The notes under the pieces were generated by a model. That model worked only from the letters and a program-made list of their open reading frames with translations, was not told the DNA's origin and searched no databases. A program made the translations under genes and the position numbers. From Candidatus Sumerlaea chitinivorans (GTDB lineage Bacteria > Sumerlaeota > Sumerlaeia > Sumerlaeales > Sumerlaeaceae): 64,000 nt of DNA. Of the stretch, positions 28,647 to 38,720 are shown piece by piece (the stretch's first letter is position 1; each line of letters starts with the position of its first letter). The stretch lies in the NCBI GenBank assembly GCA_003290465.1, contig CP030759.1, positions 2,083,980 through 2,147,979 of the forward strand. The letters are read 5' to 3'.

Positions 28647-29527
28647 CGACTGACGGAGTGCGAGCCTCGACTCAGATGGTTGGAATCCTTGGCTGGCCGG
28701 TGCGCCATTCGCTGAGTCCAGTGATGCACAATGCAGAGTTTCGGCGCTTGGGGCTCGACTATGTGTACTTGGCATGGGAGGTCGCACCTGAGTTTCTGGA
28801 ACAGGCCGCGAAAGGGCTGCGCGCGCTGGGGGCTGTCGGCTACAACGTCACGATTCCCCACAAACAGGCGATCGTCACGTGCCTGGATGAGTTGAGTGCC
28901 GAAGCAAAGATGATCGGCGCTGTGAACGTGGTATGCCTCAAGGATGGACGAGCCATCGGTTACAACACGGACGCGGCAGGCTGGCGCGACGACATCGAAC
29001 AAGACATTCCCTTGGCTGGGCGCTCGCTTTTCCTGATTGGAGCCGGCGGAGCAGCGCGCGCCGTGGCGGTGGGTGCCTGTCTGGCAGGGGTGCGCCGCAT
29101 CGTCATCTGCAATCGCCGGTACGAGACTGCGGAGGCATTGGCCGAAGTTTTGCGTCACCACTTCCCTGAACTGCAGGTCGAATGTGGGGGCCCGACAAGC
29201 GATGAATGCCATCAACGCATTTGCGAATGCGACGTGATCGTAAACGCCACACCCGTGGGGATGGCTGGGCATGGCGGCTCTCCCATCCCGGCAGAATGGC
29301 TCGCTCCGACGCATTACGTTTACGACACTGTTTACACCCCAGCGGAAACGCCCCTCCTGAGAGCAGCACGTGAGCGGGGCTGCAAGACACGCAATGGAAT
29401 TGGGATGCTTGTGCGGCAAGGTGCCCGTGCCTTCCGGCTTTGGACAGGTGTGGACCCAGACATCACCGAAATGGAGAAAACGCTGGTCCGTGCCTTGACG
29501 AGCTCGGGTTCTCCGGAGGGCACGTGA
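28643..29527 (+). CDS. aroE: Shikimate dehydrogenase
   Basis: SLSPVMHN, NVTIPHK and GAGGAARA. The ATG overlaps the preceding stop (ATGA at 28643-28646). Confidence 0.93.
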   Translation: MTTDGVRASTQMVGILGWPVRHSLSPVMHNAEFRRLGLDYVYLAWEVAPEFLEQAAKGLRALGAVGYNVTIPHKQAIVTCLDELSAEAKMIGAVNVVCLKDGRAIGYNTDAAGWRDDIEQDIPLAGRSLFLIGAGGAARAVAVGACLAGVRRIVICNRRYETAEALAEVLRHHFPELQVECGGPTSDECHQRICECDVIVNATPVGMAGHGGSPIPAEWLAPTHYVYDTVYTPAETPLLRAARERGCKTRNGIGMLVRQGARAFRLWTGVDPDITEMEKTLVRALTSSGSPEGT

Positions 29528-29692
29528 GGACGGGCTTGTGGCCGCCATGTTTTCCGGCGCACAAGAGAACTACGTAAGCGAGCTAAGAGTCCCGCCCCGA
29601 AAGCTGGAGAGCCGCTACAGGGACCAGAGATGGTTTATCCGTATTTGCCGTAGCAAACGCACGCACAGAATCCTGGATGGCAAGCGCTCCAA

Positions 29693-29714
29693 CCGACAAC
29701 GCTCGTCGGTTTTT
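29693..29714 (+). terminator. Weak hairpin plus T5 downstream of aroE
   Basis: CCGAC-AACGCTC-GTCGG followed by TTTTT. Only 5 bp (7 with flanking A:T pairs) and about 165 nt after the aroE stop. Confidence 0.3.
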
Positions 29715-29737
29715 CTGCGCATGCGACTTCGGTGCCG

Positions 29738-31696
29738 TCAGCGAGAAATGGGCTCCGCGTAGGTGTGAAGCCCGCCAGCAAGACCCGGCAGGAACGAGAC
29801 GCCGAAATAGGTGATGAGGACCATGGCAAACCCAACCATCGAAGCCACCACCGCGCGGCGACCGGTCCAGCCGAGAATCATCCGAAGGTGCAGGTAGATC
29901 GTATAGGCGAACCAAGTGATAAGCGCCCACGTTTCCTTTGGGTCCCAGCTCCACGCGCGTCCCCACGCCGTGTCAGCCCATACCGCGCCAAGAAAGATTC
30001 CCAGCGTAAGAAGCGGCCACCCAACTTGAACGCAGCGGTAAATCATGACATCCAACGTTTCCTTGGGAGGCAGAGTGCGAAGAGGCTCTCGCCGAGCATC
30101 CTGCACAAGATAAAGCAGGGCAAACACGAACGCGAGTAGGAAGGCACCGTAGCTAATCAACAAGGACGTCACGTGGTAATTGAGCCACACGGAGTTGAGC
30201 ACCGCGACGAGGGGCTCGACCTTGCGCATGTGCAAAGGTAAGCTGTTCGCCATCAGCATGCACGCCCAACCCGCAAGTGCAACGCCTGCCCCAACCCACC
30301 CACGACGCGTCACCCATTCAAACACGAGCCCCAGCAATGCGAACGCCCCCATGGTGAACGTGATGGACTCATACAGGTTCGAGACGGGCATTCGTCCGCC
30401 AAGCCGATAGCGAATCACCAATCCAAGTATCAGAAGGAGTGCAGCGGTAAGTTTGGCCACGAACGCCACAGTATAAGCCCACCTGCCGGCCGCACTCTGT
30501 TTGGCTTCTGTGTGTACCGATTGGGTCGTCTCCGTCAGTAATGCTTCCGACGCTGGAGTGAGTGCACGCACGTGAGGTTGGGTAGGCTCCACAGGGGCTG
30601 CTTCCTGTGGCATCCCCTCATTTGACGCAGGGGGTTCAGGCGACGCCGCTCCGCTCCGGCTGGCCCGCCAGAAATAGACAAGAAAAAAGACAAAGGCAAT
30701 TGCATAGGCCCAAGCCGCTTTTTGAAATGGATGAAACCGGGTGTTGAAATAATCCAATGCGAGCAAATCGCGTGGCATATAGCTGGGCAGGTCGCGCACG
30801 CTGGCACGGAATTTTTCGAACTGCTGCCGGAGCTCTTCCCCACCGTTGCCCTCCACAATCGTCGCACGCAGGGCAGCGTGCAGATCGCGCGCAGCACCGA
30901 TGTAGGGCAATTCGTCGCTCTCCTGCGCCAACCGAGAAGCCACGTCAGGAGATTCCGCAAGGTCCGGCCGCTCCAGCACAAAAGGCGAGACCCACAGAGA
31001 CTCGTTGGGCCCCACTGGCACAATGCGAAATTCCGTCGGCAGGTTCAAAAACGATGCCACGCGATAGGCAAACTTTTTGACGGCCTTTTGCATGGCTGGC
31101 TCAAGCTCCGCAATCGCAGCATCCCCGCGACTCAGATAACCTATCACCAACTGCTGCGCTTCAGGGGTCCGCATGACCCAAGCGGGGCTCACGCGGTGGC
31201 GGCGTCCATCCGAGAAACCCAGAAGCTTTGCTAACTCGGGGTTCTCAATCGGCAAGAGCGGCACGTCCATCCACTCGCGATGACGATACGCAATCGAGAG
31301 CGCCAGGGCTAAAGGATCACACTTTTCGAATCGGGCCTTCCCTGTGATGGCGGCCACTTGGATCTCGGCCCATGTGCGCGCCGAGTAATTCCACCCCTCA
31401 CTCTGGACCGCAAGCCACTCCACCCCCGCGGAACGAAGCGACTCCGCAAGCGTCGGTGGACAAAGCTCAACGAGACCAGCAGAAGATGGAACTACCTTTG
31501 CTGCTGTGAGGGGCTGAGTCGTAGCGACGCGCTCCCATTGCGGCGTTCCGTGAAGCGTCACCTGCTGAGTGCGGTCTGTATCCGCGATATATTCCGCCCG
31601 TACTTCGCTTAGAGAAGCTATAGAGAGGCCCCCCACCAGCACCACGATAGGAGCGATGGTAAACAGACAATCAAATCTGACCCGAGTTTGTGCCAT
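29738..31696 (-). CDS. ccsA: Cytochrome c biogenesis protein CcsA/ResC (System II) with a long N-terminal periplasmic extension
   Basis: C-terminal multi-TM core with Trp-rich WWD motif WADTAWGRAWSWDPKETW. It is preceded by one TM and about 300 aa with no motif I recognise. ATG 31696 preferred to TTG 31705. Confidence 0.85.
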   Translation of the reverse strand: MAQTRVRFDCLFTIAPIVVLVGGLSIASLSEVRAEYIADTDRTQQVTLHGTPQWERVATTQPLTAAKVVPSSAGLVELCPPTLAESLRSAGVEWLAVQSEGWNYSARTWAEIQVAAITGKARFEKCDPLALALSIAYRHREWMDVPLLPIENPELAKLLGFSDGRRHRVSPAWVMRTPEAQQLVIGYLSRGDAAIAELEPAMQKAVKKFAYRVASFLNLPTEFRIVPVGPNESLWVSPFVLERPDLAESPDVASRLAQESDELPYIGAARDLHAALRATIVEGNGGEELRQQFEKFRASVRDLPSYMPRDLLALDYFNTRFHPFQKAAWAYAIAFVFFLVYFWRASRSGAASPEPPASNEGMPQEAAPVEPTQPHVRALTPASEALLTETTQSVHTEAKQSAAGRWAYTVAFVAKLTAALLLILGLVIRYRLGGRMPVSNLYESITFTMGAFALLGLVFEWVTRRGWVGAGVALAGWACMLMANSLPLHMRKVEPLVAVLNSVWLNYHVTSLLISYGAFLLAFVFALLYLVQDARREPLRTLPPKETLDVMIYRCVQVGWPLLTLGIFLGAVWADTAWGRAWSWDPKETWALITWFAYTIYLHLRMILGWTGRRAVVASMVGFAMVLITYFGVSFLPGLAGGLHTYAEPISR

Positions 31697-31936
31697 TTTG
31701 CACAAAGTATATAGTGTTGCGCTTGACCCTATTCAGAAAGCCTTCCGGGCTCTTTCACAGCACTGGGGGAAAAACCCTGCCGTTTCAGCAGGTTGAGGGG
31801 CGCGGATGTCTGCCTATGGTCGGCTTGCTGTTAGCTTGCAGTGCGCAGAGCTTATCGGGCGTCGGACAATCGTTCCTCACCGCGATTGCGCGGGTGCAAA
31901 TTGACTTTTCGTCCCTGCCCTATCATGCGGCAAACA

Positions 31937-32314
31937 TTAGTCTTCGATAATAATGTCGATTGGGTGGATGCCGCGCCCGCCCGTCACGACGCACGGTTCT
32001 CCACACTGGGGACACTCCACGACCGGCTCGGCTTGGTGGCCGTCAGCCTCGCCGACCCCGATATCTCCACTATGACCACACTTTGCACAGGTAATACGAG
32101 CCGGCACGATTTCGAGGTCGAGACGCGCCCCCTCGAGCAGTGTCCCCTGAGTCAGCGATGTGAAGGCCTGAGCAAAACTTTCAGAGGAGTGGATATCGAG
32201 GGCGCCAACCTTCAGCTTCACTTCCTTCACCGCACCTTGCTGGGTCACGCCTTCGCGCTTTAGGCTATCGAGAATCGCGCCAACAACGTCCTCCATGAGG
32301 CTATACTCGTGCAT
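31937..32314 (-). CDS. hypA: Hydrogenase nickel-insertion protein HypA
   Basis: MHE N-terminus (Ni site) and two CxxC pairs (CAKCGH ... CPQCG) for the Zn site; 125 aa. Confidence 0.88.
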   Translation of the reverse strand: MHEYSLMEDVVGAILDSLKREGVTQQGAVKEVKLKVGALDIHSSESFAQAFTSLTQGTLLEGARLDLEIVPARITCAKCGHSGDIGVGEADGHQAEPVVECPQCGEPCVVTGGRGIHPIDIIIED

Positions 32315-32364
32315 GGGTCTCCTTTCTTTTGCGCCGCAAGTCCGCGCCAGCAGCGCTACCGATT

Positions 32365-33654
32365 TTAGCGCCCGATGCTCACGTACTCAAACCCGTACTT
32401 CTTGACGCGCTCGGGCTGATAAATATTTCGCCCGTCGAAGATAATCGGTTGCTTCATTTTTTCGCGCAGCTTGTCGAGGTTGAGCAGCTTGAATTCGTTC
32501 CAGTCCGTAACGATCACCACCGCATCCACGTTCTCGGCGGCATCGTAGGCGCTTTTGCAGAAGACGACATCTTGCAGGATCGCTTTTGCGTTTTCCATCG
32601 CCACCGGGTCGTACGCGCGAATTTTTGCACCCCGTTGTTGGAGTCCACGAATCACCTCAAGGCTCTTGGCATCTCGCAGGTCATCGGTATTGGGCTTAAA
32701 CGCGAGGCCAAGGATCCCAAAGGTTTTTCCTTCAACCCCACCCATCTTTTCTTCGATCCGACGCAAGAAGCGCGGAACACGATCCTCGTTAATAGCGATG
32801 ACAGCGTCGAGAAGTGAGCTATCTTCACCAAACTTGCGCGCGACGTGGCGCAGGCTCAGCGTATCCTTTGGGAAGCACGAACCACCGAATCCCAAGCCCG
32901 CCTGCAGGAACTCCATGCCGATTCGCTTGTCGTAGCCCATGCCTTTCGCGACAAGCGTAACGTCCGCGCCCGCCCGCTCGCAGATATTCGCAATGGCGTT
33001 GATGAACGAAATCTTGGTCGCGAGGAAGGCATTCGAGGCATATTTGATCATCTCGGCGCTTTCCACGTCCGTGATGAGCATCGGAACTTCCAGCGGCGCG
33101 TACAGCTCGAGCAGTGCCATTGCTACGTGTTGGCTGGGTGCACCAATTACGATGCGATCCGGATGCATCGAGTCATACACCGCCGATCCTTCCTTGAGGA
33201 ATTCCGGGTTGGAAACGACGTCGAAATCCACTTGTCGCCGACGGTGCTGCTCGACAATCCGCCGCACAAGGTCGCCGGTCCCGACGGGCACGGTGCTCTT
33301 GTTCACGATGATCTTATAGCTATCCATGTTGTGGGCGATTTCGATGGCCGCGCTCTCCACTTGGCTCAGATCGGTTTCGCCATTATCCTTCGGGGGCGTT
33401 CCCACCGCGATAAAGATGACAAGTGAGCGGCGCACTCCCTCACCAATGTCCGTCGTGAAGCTAATACGGCCTTCCTCCATATTGCGCCGCACAATTTCTT
33501 CGAGTCCGGGTTCGTAGATGGGCATCTCGCCGCGCTGGAGACGCGCGATTTTTGACTCGTCTTTATCCACGCAAACCACTTCGTTGCCCAAGTCGGCAAA
33601 GGTGGCTCCCGTCACCAATCCAACGTAACCCGTACCGATGACACAAACGTTCAT
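32365..33654 (-). CDS. ugd: UDP-glucose 6-dehydrogenase
   Basis: NAD site GTGYVGLV, catalytic Cys in GGSCFPKD, full-length collinearity with the UDP-glucose/GDP-mannose dehydrogenase family. Confidence 0.93.
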   Translation of the reverse strand: MNVCVIGTGYVGLVTGATFADLGNEVVCVDKDESKIARLQRGEMPIYEPGLEEIVRRNMEEGRISFTTDIGEGVRRSLVIFIAVGTPPKDNGETDLSQVESAAIEIAHNMDSYKIIVNKSTVPVGTGDLVRRIVEQHRRRQVDFDVVSNPEFLKEGSAVYDSMHPDRIVIGAPSQHVAMALLELYAPLEVPMLITDVESAEMIKYASNAFLATKISFINAIANICERAGADVTLVAKGMGYDKRIGMEFLQAGLGFGGSCFPKDTLSLRHVARKFGEDSSLLDAVIAINEDRVPRFLRRIEEKMGGVEGKTFGILGLAFKPNTDDLRDAKSLEVIRGLQQRGAKIRAYDPVAMENAKAILQDVVFCKSAYDAAENVDAVVIVTDWNEFKLLNLDKLREKMKQPIIFDGRNIYQPERVKKYGFEYVSIGR

Positions 33655-33885
33655 CTACGCTTTCCTTTCCTTACTCAATGCTCCGATCACTCATCCAAAA
33701 CTTGCTGCCCGCGTTCTGCACATCCGGCGAGACTCGGACCTTTCTCGATGCACTCCACGCTCAGGGTCTGTTCGACGCGTTTGGGCAAATCAAGACGTAA
33801 TCGCAATCCAGCCACGCAAGCGCCTGCAAGCATTATGTGAAGCTTTCCCACGGCGCCTCCCGTCCGAGAAAAACTTCCTCGAGAT

Positions 33886-36171
33886 CTACACACTCAGACG
33901 CTTCAGCCGAAGGCTGTTTGTGACCACGCTCACACTGCTCAGCGCCATCGCCGCGCTGGCAACCATCGGGTTCAACGTCCAACCCAACAGAGGGTAGAAC
34001 AACCCTGCAGCCAGAGGAATGCACAAAACATTATAGAAAAATGCGAAGAAGAGGTTTTGCCAAATGATTCGGACGGTGGCATGAGAGAGCCGGATCGCTC
34101 GCGCCACAGAGCGCAAGCTCCCACCCACGAGCGTGACATCGCCAGCTTCCACCGCAATATCAGCTCCAGCCGCCAAGGCGAATCCCACATCCGCGCGCAC
34201 AAGTGCCGGCGCGTCATTGATACCATCACCAACCATACCCACGCGCACACCGTTTTCCTGCAGGACAGCAATCCGATCCGCTTTTTCAGTCGGCAAAACT
34301 TCCGCGTAAAAATTCTTGATGCCCACTTCCTCAGCGATTGCCCGAGCACTGGCCACGCGGTCGCCTGTGATCATCCACAACTCGAGCCCCATTGAAGCAA
34401 GCTCTGCCACGGCGTCCCGCGAATCGGGTTTCAGTCGGTCCGCAAGAGCAACGACGCCAGCTAAACGTCCATTCACCGCCACGCCAACGGGCGACCAGCC
34501 CTCGGCCGCTGCCTTATCGAAGAGTTTCTCGTCTGAATCCAACACCACGCCCGACTGGCGCAAGAAAGCGGCCGAGCCGACGACCACTTCAATCCCACGC
34601 CCACGGGCCAACACGCCCAGACCCGGCGTAGCCTGCACCTCTTCGGGCTCCGGAAGATTTCGTTTCGGGGCTGCCTTCAGGATGGCTTGGGCCAGCGGAT
34701 GATCGGAGTACTTCTCCGCCCATGCCGCCAGCTCGAGTACGATTTCCTCGGGTGTGCGCTTCTCGCGCGCGGGACTTCCGAAGAGCTCCGGGTGATCCGC
34801 AATGATCACGTTCACGACTTTTGGACGGCCTTCGGTCAGGGTCCCGGTCTTGTCGAGGACCAAGACGTTGAGCGTGTGAGCTTTCTCCAAGGCCTCGGCT
34901 TTGCGGAAAAGGATACCCATTTGCGCGGCGCGCCCCGTGGCCACCATCACCGCTGTGGGTGTGGCTAATCCCAGCGCGCAGGGGCATGCAATCAGGAGCA
35001 CGGAAACAAAGGCGAGCACGCCGTGACCGATCATCGCTGGGCCACCCGCCACCCACCAGATCGTGAGTGCAAGAAGTGCGATCGCAAGGACCGTTGGCAC
35101 GAAATACGCACTCACCTGATCCGCTAAGCGGGCGATGGGGGGTTTACTCATTTGGGCTTCGCGGACCAACCGTACCATCTGCGCCAACATCGTGTCCGAG
35201 CCAACCCGCTCAGCCCGCATGCGGATTCCGCCCGCGCCATTCAGTGTCCCGCCGATCACCCGGCTTCCCACTCCTTTCTCGACCGGGAGTGGCTCACCCG
35301 TGAAGAGCGACTCGTCCACCGTCGTCGTGCCGGAGAGAACGACGCCGTCCACCGGGATCATCTCGCCAGCCCGCACCACCACCTCGTCGCCCACGCGGAC
35401 CTCGGCGATCGGGATCTCAACCTCAACGCCATCGCGGACAACGCGCGCCAATTTCGGCGAGCGCGAAAGAAGTGCCCGAACGGCATCGCCGGTATGCACA
35501 CGCGCCCGCTCCTCCAGTAAGCGGCCGAGCAACACGAACACGGTGATCAGACTTGCGGATTCAAAATACGTGTGGGGGGTCACTCCAAGAGCACGCCACC
35601 ATTGCGGCATCACTACCGCTGCCACACTGTAGAGGTAGGCTGTACCCGTGCCAAGCGCCACGAGCACATTCATATCCGGCGATCGTGAGCGCAATGCTTT
35701 GAATGCACCCACGAAAAAACCCCGGCCCGCCCAGAGAACAACTGGACTAGCCAAACCGATGAGCAGCCAGTCACGATAAGGAAATCGGAGGTGCGCCATT
35801 TCCACCCCCACAATCGGCAGGGACAAAAGAATTGCTGCAATGAGCTCGTACTTGCGAGCACGCCAACGTCGTCGCTCAGCTTCTGACATATCGAGAGGCT
35901 GCGCGTCCGTGCTTGGCTCGACCACTTCATAACCAAGATCGCGGATCCGCTGCTTAAGTACTTCGCGTGCTACCTTGCCTGGTTGAAAGCAAATCCCCAC
36001 TTCGCGAGTGGCCAAATTGACCTGAACGGACTCGACTCCTTCGAGTTCACCCACTCCCCGTTCAATCCGCCGCACGCACGAGGCACAGTGGATTCCATCC
36101 ACTCGCCAAGTCACGGATGTTGTGGAGCCTTTGGATTGATCGTGGCCAGCGATGCGCGTTTCCTCCTTCAT
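33886..36171 (-). CDS. copA: Copper-translocating P1B-type ATPase
   Basis: One HMA domain (GIHCASCV), [17 protein letters not shown] and GDGINDAP. The ATG overlaps the upstream stop (ATGA at 36168-36171). Confidence 0.93.
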   Translation of the reverse strand: MKEETRIAGHDQSKGSTTSVTWRVDGIHCASCVRRIERGVGELEGVESVQVNLATREVGICFQPGKVAREVLKQRIRDLGYEVVEPSTDAQPLDMSEAERRRWRARKYELIAAILLSLPIVGVEMAHLRFPYRDWLLIGLASPVVLWAGRGFFVGAFKALRSRSPDMNVLVALGTGTAYLYSVAAVVMPQWWRALGVTPHTYFESASLITVFVLLGRLLEERARVHTGDAVRALLSRSPKLARVVRDGVEVEIPIAEVRVGDEVVVRAGEMIPVDGVVLSGTTTVDESLFTGEPLPVEKGVGSRVIGGTLNGAGGIRMRAERVGSDTMLAQMVRLVREAQMSKPPIARLADQVSAYFVPTVLAIALLALTIWWVAGGPAMIGHGVLAFVSVLLIACPCALGLATPTAVMVATGRAAQMGILFRKAEALEKAHTLNVLVLDKTGTLTEGRPKVVNVIIADHPELFGSPAREKRTPEEIVLELAAWAEKYSDHPLAQAILKAAPKRNLPEPEEVQATPGLGVLARGRGIEVVVGSAAFLRQSGVVLDSDEKLFDKAAAEGWSPVGVAVNGRLAGVVALADRLKPDSRDAVAELASMGLELWMITGDRVASARAIAEEVGIKNFYAEVLPTEKADRIAVLQENGVRVGMVGDGINDAPALVRADVGFALAAGADIAVEAGDVTLVGGSLRSVARAIRLSHATVRIIWQNLFFAFFYNVLCIPLAAGLFYPLLGWTLNPMVASAAMALSSVSVVTNSLRLKRLSV

Positions 36172-37931
36172 CCTACTTCCCGCTCCAAGCTATCAGCTAA
36201 TTGCTGCTTCTCATACAATCGCGCATACAGCCCCCCTAACGCAAGCAAAGCCTCATGGTTTCCTTGCTCGACAATCTCTCCGCCATCGAGCACAATGATA
36301 TTGTCGCAGTGCATCACCGCGGAGATGCGGTGCGCGATCACGATGGTGGTGCGCTGACGCATGATTTCGCGAAGCGACTCGATGATGCGCGCTTCGGTTT
36401 CCGTGTCCACCGCCGACAGTGCATCGTCGAGGATGAGTATCTCCGGATCGCGCAGAATGGCCCGCGCCAGCGCAGTTCGCTGCTTCTGCCCACCGGACAA
36501 ATTAATGCCACGCTCCCCAAGCATTGTGTCGTAGCCGTGGGGGAACTGCTCGATCTCGTGCGCAATGTGGGCCAGTCGTGCGACTTCGATGATTTGCTCG
36601 CGAGTCGCCGTAGGCGCCCCGAAGGCTATGTTATTCGCGATCGTATCGCTGAAAAGGAAAGGTTCCTGAAACACAATCCCGAGGCGCTTGCGAAGCTCCG
36701 TGGCGGGAATTTCACACACGTCCGCTCCCCCAACAAAAAGCTGACCGGGGGGTGTTGGGTATATCTTTGCGATCAATAACGCAAGAGTGGATTTGCCACT
36801 GCCAGTTGGTCCCACGACTCCCAACGAAGAGCCCGCTGGGACTTTAAGCGTAATGCCCCGTAGAGCAGGCGGACGATCCGGAGTATAGCGAAACGTCAGG
36901 TTGCGAAACTCCACCGAGGAGTCCTGAGGCAAGGAGACTCGTCCGGCACGAGACCCTAACGCAGGGTCATCCTCCAACACCATCACCTCGCGGATGCGTT
37001 CCATAGAGGCGGCGCCCCGCTGCAGCAAGCTCACCGTCCAGCCAAACGCCATCATCGGCCAGAACAACATGAGCTGAATCAGCGAAAACTCCACAAGGCG
37101 TCCGACGGTGATTCGCCCCGTTACCACGTGGCTCGCACCGGCCCAGAGGAGGACGACCACTGCCACACCCGCAATCGTGTGCAACATTGGGAAGAAGGCG
37201 GATTGAATCTTCGCAAGGCTCATATTCCGCCGCACGTACTCATCGTTGAGCTGATCGAAAAGACGGATTTGAGGCTCCTCTTGGCAAAAGGCTTTTACCA
37301 CCCGTACCCCAGCAAGGTTTTCTTGGACCATCGCGCTAATCACCGAATAATGATCCTGAACCCGCCGAAAACGCTGATGGATTCGGTTCCCGTAATAGTT
37401 GACGACAAATGGCAGCGCGGCCATAGGAAGCATCGCCACAACTGTCAGAAGAGGATCGATGCGAAGCATTTGAAAGATCGCGATTGGAAAGAGGATGGCA
37501 GAGTTGGAAAACTGCAAAACCCCAGGCCCCAGCACCATCCGCACCGCTTCCACGTCATTCGTGACTTTGCTAATTAAATCCCCTGTCCGCTGGTGATCGT
37601 AGTAGCTCGGAGGCAGCCGGAGTAGCTTTTCATAGATGTCGTTACGAAAGCGGTATTCGATATCGCGCGAGGCCCCCACAATGAGCAATCGCATGAAAAG
37701 ACGACACACAGCCAAGATCAGAGTAAAGCCAACAACCCACAAGGCGTAGTTGACAAAATCCCGAGCGTTCGCGCTTCCCAGCTTGATGGCGTCTGAGGCC
37801 TGCCCCACCACCGCGGCAACGCGGACCTGATAGTAGTTTGCTCCCACCAAAAGCAGGACGCCACCCGTGATACGCCACCAGTGCTTCCGCAGGTAAGGTC
37901 GCAAACCATGATAGAGGCTTGAGTAGGCCAT
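36168..37931 (-). CDS. ABC exporter, fused permease and ATPase (MsbA/multidrug type)
   Basis: Six-TM exporter domain, Walker [10 protein letters not shown], signature LSGGQKQR, Walker [13 protein letters not shown]. Confidence 0.9.
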   Translation of the reverse strand: MAYSSLYHGLRPYLRKHWWRITGGVLLLVGANYYQVRVAAVVGQASDAIKLGSANARDFVNYALWVVGFTLILAVCRLFMRLLIVGASRDIEYRFRNDIYEKLLRLPPSYYDHQRTGDLISKVTNDVEAVRMVLGPGVLQFSNSAILFPIAIFQMLRIDPLLTVVAMLPMAALPFVVNYYGNRIHQRFRRVQDHYSVISAMVQENLAGVRVVKAFCQEEPQIRLFDQLNDEYVRRNMSLAKIQSAFFPMLHTIAGVAVVVLLWAGASHVVTGRITVGRLVEFSLIQLMLFWPMMAFGWTVSLLQRGAASMERIREVMVLEDDPALGSRAGRVSLPQDSSVEFRNLTFRYTPDRPPALRGITLKVPAGSSLGVVGPTGSGKSTLALLIAKIYPTPPGQLFVGGADVCEIPATELRKRLGIVFQEPFLFSDTIANNIAFGAPTATREQIIEVARLAHIAHEIEQFPHGYDTMLGERGINLSGGQKQRTALARAILRDPEILILDDALSAVDTETEARIIESLREIMRQRTTIVIAHRISAVMHCDNIIVLDGGEIVEQGNHEALLALGGLYARLYEKQQLADSLEREVG

Positions 37932-38032
37932 GACGTGTTAGTTAGCCAGCCAATTGGATGCAAAAGTCGTGACGCAAATCCACCGCCCATTCCCACGGCG
38001 CTCCATCCCCCTTCCAGACCCCACCTTCTTCC

Positions 38033-38479
38033 TCACCGGGTTTCAATGAGGGTGAGTAAGTCATAAATGCTACGGAAGTGCTCCACAAGCGCGGTTCGTT
38101 CTTCAGGAGTGAGTTTTTCCAACACGTCCCGCAAGCGGCGCTCATGGACGGAATTCATTGAAGCGATCATTTTTCGCCCCTTCTCGGTGAGCGCAATCCG
38201 CACCACACGCCGGTCGTTGGGTTCCGAATGGCGCTCCACAAGTCCCGCCTCCACAAGACGATCCACCACTGCAGTGGCCGCAGGTAAAGTCACTCCGCTT
38301 AGGCGTGCGATTTCGGACATTCGCTGCGGGCCGTTCAGGTCCAAGATATACAGCAGCCGCTTCTGGGCCACCGTCATTTCATCCGCTTCCGGCGAATGGT
38401 ACGGCCCAATGAAGATCTTGGCCAAAACCCTCAAGAAGAGGCAATTTAGCGCTTCAAGTTCTCGTGCATTGACTTCCAC
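38033..38479 (-). CDS. MarR-family transcriptional regulator
   Basis: Winged-helix core MSEIARLSGVTLPAATAVVDRLVEAGLVERH...DRRVV...LTEKG; GTG start; 148 aa. Confidence 0.85.
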   Translation of the reverse strand: MEVNARELEALNCLFLRVLAKIFIGPYHSPEADEMTVAQKRLLYILDLNGPQRMSEIARLSGVTLPAATAVVDRLVEAGLVERHSEPNDRRVVRIALTEKGRKMIASMNSVHERRLRDVLEKLTPEERTALVEHFRSIYDLLTLIETR

Positions 38480-38493
38480 GTCTTATTCAAGAC
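38480..38493. promoter_or_regulatory. 14-bp palindrome abutting the marR start codon (candidate autoregulatory operator)
   Basis: GTCTT-ATTC-AAGAC lies immediately 5' of the marR GTG, where a Shine-Dalgarno sequence would normally sit. Confidence 0.25.
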
Positions 38494-38720
38494 ACCGCGA
38501 GGGGCGAATTATTTTGACAGAAGCCCTTTTCTCGGTCCAACCCCTTCTGGGAATTTCGTGGAGCCCAAATCCTGACCGCCGAGCCGCAACCGTGCGTAGG
38601 TGCAATAGGCCCAAATTCGAGAGTCTCCGCCGAAAGGGGCTTGCGGTTGTCAAACACTCCAACTCGCTTCTTCCCATGCGAGCAACTGCTGACTACGTAC
38701 CTGCGGACCGTGCACGCGCT

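Noticed and set aside
28589-29548. 319-aa minus-strand ORF covering the whole of aroE
   Set aside because: It is antisense to a gene with clear AroE motifs. Its product is Arg/His/Cys-rich with no motif. This is a typical high-GC shadow ORF.
38067-38720. 5' third of the 572-aa plus-strand ORF
   Set aside because: This part is antisense to the well-supported marR gene and is Ser/Arg-rich. A signal-peptide-like start occurs at ATG 38721, so only the 3' part was kept.
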